Shown: positions 10,200 through 18,803, counted from the stretch's first letter. The stretch: DNA of 64,000 nt from Clostridia bacterium (GCA_045534265.1 JAZSJH010000006.1:94741-158740); one strand, 5' to 3'. Notes: a model not told the origin generated them from the letters alone. Numbers and translations: made by a program.

Positions 10200-11216
10200 C
10201 TATAAACTTGCAAGCATAGCTTGAGCGTAACTATTATCAACAAGGCTTGCAAAAGGTACATCATTGTCGATAAGGTTTGAGTTTTTCAAAATAGTGTGAA
10301 GCCTGTTGTAAGATGTTTCTTGCATAACAGGAGTTGACATCCAAGCATCAATGCTAATATATCTTTGAAGTGATGATTTGATATCTACTTTGTCAGTATC
10401 ACTAAATGATGGATATATGCTATCAACGACATCATCAATATCTGCTGTTGTTAAATATAGATAGCCACGCATTACAGCTCTCAAAAACTTTTGAGCTCTT
10501 TCTGGATTTTTTTCTAGATAGCTTTGCTTTGCCATAAAAGCAGTGTATGGAATTTCGCCGCTATATTCACCAATACTTGCAACAACATAACCTTTGCCTT
10601 CTTTGACAAGTTGACTAGCTACTGGTTCAAATAATGTACAGTAGTCAGCATCTGTTTCTGTAAATGTTGGGGCTGTTAGGTTAAAAGCAACGTCTGTTCT
10701 TAGTTTTACATTATAAGTTCCGTCAATTTGTGGACCAGGGTTTAAGCCATTTGCTTTCATTGTGTCTTCAAGGGTTAGGGCAGGAACGCCGCCAGCTCTA
10801 CCGCCAATTACTGTTTTGCCTATAAGGTCAGACCATTGAAAGTTGTCTGTTGGGGTTTTTGCAACAAGGAAAGAGCCATCTCTTTTTGTTAATTGCCCAA
10901 AGATTACCGCATTATCTCTAGCTCCGCCAGCTTTAACATAAATTGCAGCTTCTGGGCCCATAAGACCAATGTCTGCGCTATTAGACAAAACGGCAGTCAT
11001 TGATGCGTCAGCTCCGCCACCGTTAGTTAGCTCAATAGTTAAGCCTTCGTCTTCAAAGTAGCCATTATTTATTGCTATATATAGTGGCGCATAGAAGATG
11101 CTATGTGTTACTTCGTTAACTCTAATTAAGTTTTCGTTTGTCTTTTTGCAGCCAACCATAAATAATGACGACAATGCTAGCATAAAGGCAACGATTGCTA
11201 AACATATTTTTTTCAT
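10200..11216 (-). CDS. ABC transporter substrate-binding lipoprotein, NMT1/THI5-like
   Basis: Lipobox LFMVGC after the signal peptide. SsuA/THI5-type periplasmic binding fold pattern (HSIFYAPLYIAINNGYF..., GGRAGG). Start moved to ATG 11216, which lies behind AAAGGAGA. Confidence 0.85.
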   Translation of the reverse strand: MKKICLAIVAFMLALSSLFMVGCKKTNENLIRVNEVTHSIFYAPLYIAINNGYFEDEGLTIELTNGGGADASMTAVLSNSADIGLMGPEAAIYVKAGGARDNAVIFGQLTKRDGSFLVAKTPTDNFQWSDLIGKTVIGGRAGGVPALTLEDTMKANGLNPGPQIDGTYNVKLRTDVAFNLTAPTFTETDADYCTLFEPVASQLVKEGKGYVVASIGEYSGEIPYTAFMAKQSYLEKNPERAQKFLRAVMRGYLYLTTADIDDVVDSIYPSFSDTDKVDIKSSLQRYISIDAWMSTPVMQETSYNRLHTILKNSNLIDNDVPFASLVDNSYAQAMLASL

Positions 11217-11306
11217 ATAAATCTCCTTTTTTGATGTATATGTTATAATATTCAAAAGGCAAAAATAATGTTATTTTTTGTAAAATAAGTTTTTTCAAAA
11301 AAGGTA

Positions 11307-11335
11307 TTGTATTTTTGCAGATTGTTTGGTATAAT
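11307..11335 (+). promoter_or_regulatory. Sigma-A promoter with extended -10
   Basis: TTGTAT, 17 nt, TGgTATAAT. Confidence 0.6.
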
Positions 11336-11358
11336 ACAAGTGTATTTTGAGGTGGAAT

Positions 11359-11595
11359 ATGACATTATCATTACTAGGATTTATAGATTTACTTACATAT
11401 CTTGAAAGACCAACCGTAATTATTGGTATGATTTGTTTGGTCGTGGGCGCTAGCATGGCTTTACTTGCTGGTAGAATTGCTGACGCTATAAACAAACAAC
11501 CAACTAATCAACCTAGCAAATTAGAATCTGTACTAAAAGTGGTCGGAGTATGTATCATGACAGTAGGATTTGTACTTATTGCTATACCAAGTTAA
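11359..11595 (+). CDS. Small two-TM membrane protein, hypothetical (78 aa)
   Basis: Two hydrophobic helices. GAGGTGG upstream of ATG 11359. Flanked by its own promoter and terminator. Confidence 0.5.
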   Translation: MTLSLLGFIDLLTYLERPTVIIGMICLVVGASMALLAGRIADAINKQPTNQPSKLESVLKVVGVCIMTVGFVLIAIPS

Positions 11596-11611
11596 TTTTT
11601 TTGTTTATATT

Positions 11612-11639
11612 GCATAGGCAGTCGCCTATGCTTTTTTTT
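11612..11639 (+). terminator. Intrinsic terminator
   Basis: Stem GCATAGGC/GCCTATGC, 4-nt loop, T8. Confidence 0.85.
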
Positions 11640-11738
11640 ATTTTATAAAGCAAAAGTATTTTTTATTTTGGTGTCTATTAATTGACATTTTATATATATT
11701 TTTGATAAAACTATTATGTTAGATTTAAGGAGTTACTT

Positions 11739-14357
11739 ATGGAAAAAAATTACAATCCTAAGGATTTTGAAGAAAGACTATACGAAAAGTGGATGAAGAA
11801 AGGTTATTTTAAGGCAAAAGTTAACCCTGACAAAACACCTTTTACAATCATTATGCCTCCACCAAATATCACAAGCAAACTTCATATGGGGCATGCTTTT
11901 CAACAAACTATACAAGATATAATCATTAGACGCAAAAGAATGCAAGGCTTTGAGGCTTTGTGGCTTCCTGGTACTGACCACGCAGCTATTGCAACAGAAG
12001 CAAAAGTTGTTGAAAAACTAGCAAAAGCCGGCATCAAAAAAGAAGATATCGGCAGAGAAGCTTTTGGTCAACATATAGCAGAATGGTATGACGAATACAA
12101 AGGAACAATCATTAGCCAATTCAAACGTATGGGTTATTCTTGTGACTGGGATAGACTAAGATTTACTATGGACGAAGTTAACTGCAGAGCGGTTAGAGAA
12201 GTATTTGTTCATTTGTACAAAAAAGGCTGGATTTATAAAGGAAAGAGAATTGTTAACTGGTGTCCACATTGCAAAAGCTCTATTTCTGATATAGAAGTTG
12301 ACTTTAGAGAAGTAAAAGGTAACTTCTGGCATATGAGGTACCAAATCGAAGGTACTAACGATTATCTAGAAATTGCTACAACAAGACCAGAAACTATGCT
12401 TGGTGATACAGCTGTTGCTGTAAACCCAAAAGATAAGAGATATACAAAACTTGTTGGTAAAAACGTTATCCTTCCAATACTAAACAAGCCAATTCCTGTA
12501 GTTGCTGATGATTATGTAGAAATGGATTTTGGTACTGGTGTTGTAAAAATTACTCCAGCTCACGACCCTAATGACTTTGAAGTTGGTCTAAGACATAACC
12601 TAGAAGTTATTAAAGTTATCGAAGAAGACGGCAGAATGAACGAACTTGCTGGCAAATTTGCTGGCATGGACAGAATGGACGCAAGAAAAGCTGTTGTTGC
12701 CGAACTTGAAAAACTAGGAAACCTTGTAAAAATCGAAGATTATACACACAATGTAGGTCATTGTGATAGATGTAAAACTGTTATCGAACCACTTATTTCT
12801 AGCCAATGGTTTGTAAAGATGGAAGAACTTGCAAAACCGGCTATTGAAGTAGTAGAAAATGATAGTGTACACTTTACTGAAGAAAGATTTAAGAAAATTT
12901 ACCTTCACTGGATGAAAAACATCAAAGACTGGTGTATTTCAAGACAACTTTGGAGCGGTCACCGTATTCCTATCTTTACATGCCAAGATTGTGGAGAAGT
13001 TATTGTTGAAATGGAAGACCCAACAGTTTGTCCAAAATGCGGTAGCAAACATCTAGTTCAAGAAGAAGACACTTTGGATACTTGGTTCAGCTCAGCTCTA
13101 TGGCCACTATCTACATTGGGTTATCCAGAAAAAACTCCTGAGCTTGATTATTTCTATCCAACCAACGTTATGGTTACAGCTCAAGAAATCATCCAACTTT
13201 GGGTTGCTAGAATGATATTTAGCGGTCTAGAGTATAGAGGAGAGATTCCATTTAAGGAAGTTTTGATTAACGGTACTGTAAAAGACGCTACTGGTAAGAA
13301 AATGAGTAAGAGCCTTGGAAACGGTGTTGACCCTGTAGAAATTATTGAAGAATTTGGCGTAGATACATTGAGATTCTCACTATTTAATGGCGTTTCTATC
13401 GATATGGATAGTAAATTCTCAGAAAAGAAAGTAGAACTAAACAGAAACTTTATTAACAAAATTTGGAATGCAAGCAGATTTGTTTTGATGCAAGCTGAGA
13501 ATGTAAAAGTAAAAGACATTGATGATGTTAGTCTAAATATGGCTGACAAATGGATTTTGACAGAGCTTAACAAACTTATCGAAAGCATTGATAATAAGTT
13601 TGAAAAATACGATATCGGTATGGCTGCAAGTGAACTATATGACTTCTTCTGGACTAAGTTCTGTGACTGGTATATCGAACTTGCAAAAACTCACATTATG
13701 AGCGATAGCGAAAGCGAAAAAGAAGCAACTGTTGCAACACTTATTCATGTTCTTACAGCTCTTCTTAAGATGCTTCACCCATTTATTCCATTTATTACAG
13801 AAGAAATTTACCTTTCACTTCCAAAACATGATGAAAGTATCGTAATTTCTAGCTGGCCACAAACAAACAAAGCATATAACTTTGCAAAAGAATCAAAGAG
13901 TATGCAAGATATTATGAATATTATTAGAAGTATTCGTAATGCTCGTAACGAAAAGAATATCCCTGATAACAAAAAGATTAGAGTAGTTATCATGGCTATC
14001 AAAGATGAAAATATTTTGATTTATTCTACAAAATATATTTCTAAACTTGCAACTGCTAGCGAAGTATCTTTTGTATATGACGAAAAAGACGTTGATTCAA
14101 ACTCTGTAACAATGATTTTTGATATTGCAAAAGTATTCCTTCCTATGAGTTCTATGATTGATAGTTCTCAAGAACTTATTAGACTAAACAAAGAATTAAC
14201 TTCTGTTGAATTTGAAATCTCAAGAAGCGAAAAAATGCTATCAAACCCTGGCTTTGTAAACAAAGCGCCAGCCCAAATGATAGAAAACGAAAAAGCCAAA
14301 CTTGAGAAAAACAAAGCTTTGAAAGAAACAATTATCGAAGCGATTAAGGCACTATAA
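11739..14357 (+). CDS. valS: Valine--tRNA ligase
   Basis: Class I HIGH (LHMGHAF) and KMSKS motifs, editing-domain architecture, and the C-terminal coiled coil typical of ValRS. 872 aa. Confidence 0.97.
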   Translation: MEKNYNPKDFEERLYEKWMKKGYFKAKVNPDKTPFTIIMPPPNITSKLHMGHAFQQTIQDIIIRRKRMQGFEALWLPGTDHAAIATEAKVVEKLAKAGIKKEDIGREAFGQHIAEWYDEYKGTIISQFKRMGYSCDWDRLRFTMDEVNCRAVREVFVHLYKKGWIYKGKRIVNWCPHCKSSISDIEVDFREVKGNFWHMRYQIEGTNDYLEIATTRPETMLGDTAVAVNPKDKRYTKLVGKNVILPILNKPIPVVADDYVEMDFGTGVVKITPAHDPNDFEVGLRHNLEVIKVIEEDGRMNELAGKFAGMDRMDARKAVVAELEKLGNLVKIEDYTHNVGHCDRCKTVIEPLISSQWFVKMEELAKPAIEVVENDSVHFTEERFKKIYLHWMKNIKDWCISRQLWSGHRIPIFTCQDCGEVIVEMEDPTVCPKCGSKHLVQEEDTLDTWFSSALWPLSTLGYPEKTPELDYFYPTNVMVTAQEIIQLWVARMIFSGLEYRGEIPFKEVLINGTVKDATGKKMSKSLGNGVDPVEIIEEFGVDTLRFSLFNGVSIDMDSKFSEKKVELNRNFINKIWNASRFVLMQAENVKVKDIDDVSLNMADKWILTELNKLIESIDNKFEKYDIGMAASELYDFFWTKFCDWYIELAKTHIMSDSESEKEATVATLIHVLTALLKMLHPFIPFITEEIYLSLPKHDESIVISSWPQTNKAYNFAKESKSMQDIMNIIRSIRNARNEKNIPDNKKIRVVIMAIKDENILIYSTKYISKLATASEVSFVYDEKDVDSNSVTMIFDIAKVFLPMSSMIDSSQELIRLNKELTSVEFEISRSEKMLSNPGFVNKAPAQMIENEKAKLEKNKALKETIIEAIKAL

Positions 14358-14366
14358 GATATAAAA

Positions 14367-14395
14367 AACTAGGTAAAATATTGCCTAGTTTTTTT
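14367..14395 (+). terminator. Intrinsic terminator after valS
   Basis: 10-bp stem (AACTAGGTAA/TTGCCTAGTT, one G-U pair) followed by T7. Confidence 0.8.
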
Positions 14396-14439
14396 GATGC
14401 ATTTAGTTGGTGATAGTTTAGAAAAGTTATTTGCAACTC

Positions 14440-14468
14440 TTGAAAAAGTTGTAAATAAATGCTATACT
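14440..14468 (+). promoter_or_regulatory. Sigma-A promoter placing the transcription start at the ATG of the GNAT gene
   Basis: TTGAAA, 17 nt, TATACT. ATG 14475 lies 7 nt after the -10 hexamer. Confidence 0.55.
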
Positions 14469-14474
14469 AAAAAT

Positions 14475-14927
14475 ATGAAGAAGTTTACAGTAAAAGATGA
14501 CAAAATAGTTCAAATAGGATTAGAAAAAGGTGAGTTTTATGATAGCAACAGTACTATCAAAGCCTATGATGATAGAGATATGCACCAAATAGGATACTTG
14601 AATTTCAAGATAAAAGGCGACACCGCTCACATTTGGTCGTTTAAGGTTGACGATCCTGAATTTTTGAGAACAGGCGTTGGTACTATTATGCTAAATTGTT
14701 TTGAAGATTGCGCAAGCAGAAGTAGAGCATACCATGTTGATGGTAGATTTTACCCAGATGGCGCAGGAGCGGAGTACTCAAAAGCCTTTTACGAAAGCCA
14801 CGGCTACGAAATATATAGAGATGGTTATGAGCAGTATATTTCTAAAAGACTAAACAGAGAAGAAATTGAAGCTCGAAATAAAACAGTTGACTATACCTTA
14901 ACTCCAGAAAAGCCATTAGAACAATAA
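14475..14927 (+). CDS. GNAT-family N-acetyltransferase-like protein (150 aa)
   Basis: Motif A-like RTGVGTIMLNCFEDCA and C-terminal AFYESHGYEI. The track start 14394 lies inside the valS terminator T-tract, so the start was moved to ATG 14475. Confidence 0.65.
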   Translation: MKKFTVKDDKIVQIGLEKGEFYDSNSTIKAYDDRDMHQIGYLNFKIKGDTAHIWSFKVDDPEFLRTGVGTIMLNCFEDCASRSRAYHVDGRFYPDGAGAEYSKAFYESHGYEIYRDGYEQYISKRLNREEIEARNKTVDYTLTPEKPLEQ

Positions 14928-14938
14928 TCATATTTATG

Positions 14939-14967
14939 AAACCTATCAAATTTTGATAGGTTTTTTT
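14939..14967 (+). terminator. Intrinsic terminator
   Basis: Stem AACCTATCAAA/TTTGATAGGTT followed by T7. Confidence 0.85.
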
Positions 14968-15110
14968 GTGGTAAAATATTTTTAATACATGAAAATTTTT
15001 AATTAAAAATAAAAAAATATGAATGTGTCTAAGAGAAATATTTTGATTAAATATCTTATAAAATAATATAAAAAAAGCTCAAAATTAAGCAATTTATTGC
15101 CTTGTTTTGC

Positions 15111-15141
15111 TTGACAAAAATTTGAGGGGGGGGGGTATACT
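15111..15141 (+). promoter_or_regulatory. Sigma-A-like promoter with a 19-nt spacer, 10 nt of which is a G10 tract
   Basis: TTGACA (15111-15116), AAAATTTGA + G10, TATACT (15136-15141). Confidence 0.6.
15126..15135. repeat. Homopolymeric G10 tract
   Basis: Read directly from the sequence. It is the only G/C homopolymer longer than 5 nt that I noticed in this AT-rich window. Confidence 0.95.
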
Positions 15142-15202
15142 TAGGTAAGGATAATTGTATCAAAAAGTAGATAATATATCTAAACAAAGGAGAAAAGATA
15201 TT

Positions 15203-16180
15203 ATGGCAATGGTAGCTGCAAAATGTACAATGTGCGGATCATCAATCAAAGTAGATGATAGTAAGGAAAAAGGCATTTGTGAACATTGTGGTACTGAGTT
15301 TATAACCGAAAAAGTTATAAATGTAACAAACATAACTAATGTTGACAAATCTACTAACATTTACTACGGCGAAACAACTGACGCCAAAATAAAAAAAGAT
15401 TTGGAAAAAGCATATAAGTCACTAAAAATGGCTGGTTATGACTATATTAATCTAAAAATGGAAGACAATTCCTTAGACGAAGAATTGTGTAGAAGTGCCT
15501 ATACATTGGCAAAAGGCGTAACAAAGAAAGACCCTACTAATTATGATGGTTGGAGATGTCTTGCTCTTATGCACTATGTTGCTTATATGGAAGATGAATA
15601 TGAATGGCTTTATGGCAAAAATACTGGAGAGGGTGATTATAACTTTGACAGAATACTCGATGATACTATAAATGCTATTTATACTGCAACTAAAGTTGCC
15701 CCTAATGATGAAGAAAAAGCTTTTCTTAAAAAGTTAAAAGAAAATGTTAAAATTAACTATTATCAAGAAAAGTTGTACAAAGGCAGAAGTGTTGCGCAAT
15801 ATGTAAATTACACAGAAAAACCGAAAATAAAAGAAGTTTTGCTTTCTAGAGCTTTGCCTTGGATTGGTGGTTGGATTGTAGCTATGGGCTTGTTGCTACT
15901 TATAAATAACTTATTCAAGCTAAATATTTCTTTTATTCCAGAAGATACACCTACAGTAATGGCAATAATGCTTCTTGTAACTGGCGGTATACTAATTGGC
16001 ATATTCTTGTATAAATATATTGGTGCAAAACGCAATCAAAAACAAAGAAAAGATATTGATGATGATAATAAAAAACGTTATAACGAGAAACAAGCAGAAT
16101 ATGAAAACGATATTGCTAACGCAAAAACTTTAGTGGACTGGGAAAGACTAGCTGCAAAATATAATATTGATAAAATATAA
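15203..16180 (+). CDS. Hypothetical zinc-ribbon protein with helical domain, two TM helices and a charged tail (325 aa)
   Basis: CTMCG-x14-CEHCG ribbon at the N-terminus. TM segments ALPWIGGWIVAMGLLLLINNLF and VMAIMLLVTGGILIGIFLY. Start at ATG 15203, behind AAAGGAGA. Confidence 0.65.
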   Translation: MAMVAAKCTMCGSSIKVDDSKEKGICEHCGTEFITEKVINVTNITNVDKSTNIYYGETTDAKIKKDLEKAYKSLKMAGYDYINLKMEDNSLDEELCRSAYTLAKGVTKKDPTNYDGWRCLALMHYVAYMEDEYEWLYGKNTGEGDYNFDRILDDTINAIYTATKVAPNDEEKAFLKKLKENVKINYYQEKLYKGRSVAQYVNYTEKPKIKEVLLSRALPWIGGWIVAMGLLLLINNLFKLNISFIPEDTPTVMAIMLLVTGGILIGIFLYKYIGAKRNQKQRKDIDDDNKKRYNEKQAEYENDIANAKTLVDWERLAAKYNIDKI

Positions 16181-16181
16181 C

Positions 16182-16220
16182 AAAAAAACAACTTATCAGT
16201 AATTGGTAAGTTGTTTTTTT
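16182..16220. terminator. Bidirectional terminator between convergent genes
   Basis: A7, 9-bp stem CAACTTATC/GGTAAGTTG (one G-U pair), T7. Confidence 0.75.
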
Positions 16221-16791
16221 AGTTGTTATCGATTAAGTTTTCGAAGATATATTCGTATATTTGTGGAGCTTTTTCTTGCCATTTTTTGCAGGCGTTTACT
16301 GCTGCGTGGCGAGTAGGGCTCTTTAGTTTTATTTCAAACATTGCTTGTGGCATCATAGGTTCTTTGATGCGAAGAACAACTGTATGTGAGCCATCTTCTG
16401 TGTTTTTGAAATAATCTGCAACATATTCTTGGCTGCGCTTAAAAGTCATACGGTTTTGTTTAGCAAAAGCAGATATTTCTTCTCTCATACTAAGTGGTAT
16501 GCGGTTAAAAAAGTGTGAAATGCAGTTTCTGCCGTCATAAGTTATGTTAAATACGGCATCATTTTTTACGTCAGTTTCGGTTTTTATGGTTTTTGGCCTG
16601 TTGTCTGTTTTGTAGATAAATTTTGCTTCTAGCAGTTGGTATAGGACTTCTTTACAGTCCATATAGTTTAGCCAGCCATTTCTACTTGTACAAATGTCAA
16701 TAATTGAATTTTCAGTCAATGGTATTTCCATTTTGTCAAGAACAAACAATAATATTAACTTGTTAACCATTGCGTCAGCAACAAAATCCAT
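16219..16791 (-). CDS. DUF4364-like protein (putative winged-helix regulator family), 190 aa
   Basis: N-terminal pattern NKLILLFVLDKMEIPLTENSIIDI...NYMDCKEVLYQLLEAKFI resembles DUF4364 members as I recall them. Start moved to ATG 16791, behind GGGGA. Confidence 0.55.
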   Translation of the reverse strand: MDFVADAMVNKLILLFVLDKMEIPLTENSIIDICTSRNGWLNYMDCKEVLYQLLEAKFIYKTDNRPKTIKTETDVKNDAVFNITYDGRNCISHFFNRIPLSMREEISAFAKQNRMTFKRSQEYVADYFKNTEDGSHTVVLRIKEPMMPQAMFEIKLKSPTRHAAVNACKKWQEKAPQIYEYIFENLIDNN

Positions 16792-16958
16792 ATTATTTTC
16801 CCCGCATTTTATAATTCGACATTTAATTATAACACAAGGGTTAAGATAAAACAATGTTTTTTGCGGGTTTTTGCTAATATTATTTTTATTTTGACTTTTA
16901 ATAATCGTTTTACAATTAAAAATTATTATGTTATATTTATTTTATAGAGGTATTATTT

Positions 16959-17822
16959 ATGGCTAATTTAACTGCAGAACAACTAAACGAAGTACAAGAT
17001 TTTGTAGATGCTTGTAACGAATTTATCAATGGTAAATTTATTCTTGCTGATATGAAAATCTCAAAAATATTGAAAGCAATTGCCGGTAGCGGTGATGTTT
17101 ATAACTTGCTAGCTGAGTGTATGATTAATTTTGATTTTGAATACGAACTAAAGAAGTGTTGCGTAAAACCAGGCGCTGAAAATGCATCTTTTGCGCTTCC
17201 TACAGAGACTTACAAACTTATTCCTGTAGTATTCTGTTTGCTTGTTCAAATCGATAGCAAGAGAATTGACTTCAATTACTTTTTGAAGACTCAATTTCCT
17301 TTTGCAAAAGGTCAAAACGAAGAATACGATAAGTTCTCAGAGCACGTTATTATTCCTTTTAGAGATAGTATTGCGGGGCTTTTTGACGTGTCAACCGAAG
17401 TACGCAAAAAAGAAGAACCAAAAGAAGAACTTAGCATCATTGACCAAAAGATTAAAGAACAGCTAGAAGGTCAAAAGCAAGAAGTTGTTGAAGAAGAGGA
17501 AGAAGAACAAAAAGCTGTTGCTATGGAAGTTGTAGAAGAGCCAAAAATTGAAAAAACAGCCCTTGATGTTTTGTTTGATGAAATCAAAAAACAAGCAGAG
17601 TATATGCAACAACTAGCTCCTTATATCAAAAAAGCTGTAAGAAGAGAAAATGTTGTAATTATTCTAAAAGGCCTTATTAAAGTTTGCGAACTTAAAGATA
17701 TGTTGCTTTTAAGCTCTCTTATGATAGCTATAAATGAAGTTGGCGGAGCAGAAAAAGTGCTTAAAGAAAACTTGAGAAATATAACAAGCGCTTATGCAAG
17801 ATTCTTTGCTCAAAACGACTAA
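16959..17822 (+). CDS. Hypothetical protein with a central acidic low-complexity segment (287 aa)
   Basis: Long ORF with AGAGG upstream and an EEEEEEQ/VVEEPK acidic linker between two helical regions. No recognised family. Confidence 0.6.
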   Translation: MANLTAEQLNEVQDFVDACNEFINGKFILADMKISKILKAIAGSGDVYNLLAECMINFDFEYELKKCCVKPGAENASFALPTETYKLIPVVFCLLVQIDSKRIDFNYFLKTQFPFAKGQNEEYDKFSEHVIIPFRDSIAGLFDVSTEVRKKEEPKEELSIIDQKIKEQLEGQKQEVVEEEEEEQKAVAMEVVEEPKIEKTALDVLFDEIKKQAEYMQQLAPYIKKAVRRENVVIILKGLIKVCELKDMLLLSSLMIAINEVGGAEKVLKENLRNITSAYARFFAQND

Positions 17823-18803
17823 TTATAAAAATATAATACAAAGCAAATACGATAGCACTACTGTAATTGCGGTATGTGCTATTTTTGTTTTTAGGAAATA
17901 ACTATATTTTATGCCTATTTGGGACAAAAAGCCCATTGATTGCAGGTGGACAGACAGTCCGCCAAAAGCAGTAAGACCACTAGCTATAACTGTTTTTGAG
18001 ATAAGTGAAAGACTGCTTTGAGATAGGTCTAAGCATCCGCGGGTGACTTCTAACATTCCGCTTGCGATAAATTTGCCAAAAGTGCCTTTGCCAAAAAGCA
18101 GAATATTGTCTATAAAGTTGCCTATTGCATTGATTATACCAAAGTTTGAACAGATATCAATAATAAGGTAAGCAAAAGCAATAAACCCGCCTACAAAGAT
18201 ACAAGAAAGTACGGTTTGGTACATACTATCACTTAATAAGTTGTTGTTTGAAGAAGGTATTATTTTTTGGTTTTGGAGTTTAGGTTTTTGCTTATTTTTG
18301 AACAAAAATCCATTAATAAAAGAAGCTACTATATGTGAGCAAAAAATTATAATACCACTTGTTTGATTACAAAACAAAGAAACCCCAATGCTGCCTATCA
18401 TAAATATAGGTCCAGATGTGGAGCAAAAGCTAACTGTAGATTTTGCTTCATCATAAGACAAAAGCCCTTGGTTGTAAAATTCTTGGGTGAGTTTTGCTCC
18501 TAGTGGGTAGCCAGAAAGTATGCTCATAAAATATATATAGCCTGTACATTTAGGGGTAGAAAAGCATTTTTTTGTGGCAAAAGACAAAGGTGAGCAAATA
18601 GAAAAAGTATAAGGGAGCTTACTCATAATATTGGAAATAAATACAAAAGGTACAAGCCCGGGTAAAATTATTGTAGCCCACAAAAGTATGCCTTTGGATA
18701 CAGAGCCTAAATACACTGATGGGTTTATGATTATTATAAAAAACATCAAAAAAGATAACAGCAAAAATATAATTTGCATATAATTAATTTTGGATTTGGA
18801 CAT
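17823..18803 (-). CDS. YlbJ-like integral membrane protein (nucleoside-recognition/Gate-domain type)
   Basis: Polytopic. N-terminal GILLWATIILPGLVPFVFISNIM matches the YlbJ pattern. Adjacent to the ylbM homologue tmcAL, as in Bacillus. Confidence 0.6.
   Translation of the reverse strand: MSKSKINYMQIIFLLLSFLMFFIIIINPSVYLGSVSKGILLWATIILPGLVPFVFISNIMSKLPYTFSICSPLSFATKKCFSTPKCTGYIYFMSILSGYPLGAKLTQEFYNQGLLSYDEAKSTVSFCSTSGPIFMIGSIGVSLFCNQTSGIIIFCSHIVASFINGFLFKNKQKPKLQNQKIIPSSNNNLLSDSMYQTVLSCIFVGGFIAFAYLIIDICSNFGIINAIGNFIDNILLFGKGTFGKFIASGMLEVTRGCLDLSQSSLSLISKTVIASGLTAFGGLSVHLQSMGFLSQIGIKYSYFLKTKIAHTAITVVLSYLLCIIFL

Noticed and set aside
11217-11346. Possible TPP riboswitch upstream of the NMT1/THI5-type ABC operon
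   Set aside because: The region is only ~90 nt after subtracting the divergent promoter. It lacks the conserved CUGAGA and ACCUGA/ACCCUG cores, so nothing supports a riboswitch.
11596-11738. Possible T-box leaders upstream of valS (and hisS at 45455-45469)
   Set aside because: The valS upstream region is 143 nt and is occupied by a terminator and a promoter, with no AGAGA or T-box (GGTGGTACC) sequence. hisS is 15 nt from hslU.
13181-13588. 135-aa minus-strand ORF inside valS
   Set aside because: Antisense shadow frame within a highly conserved tRNA ligase gene.
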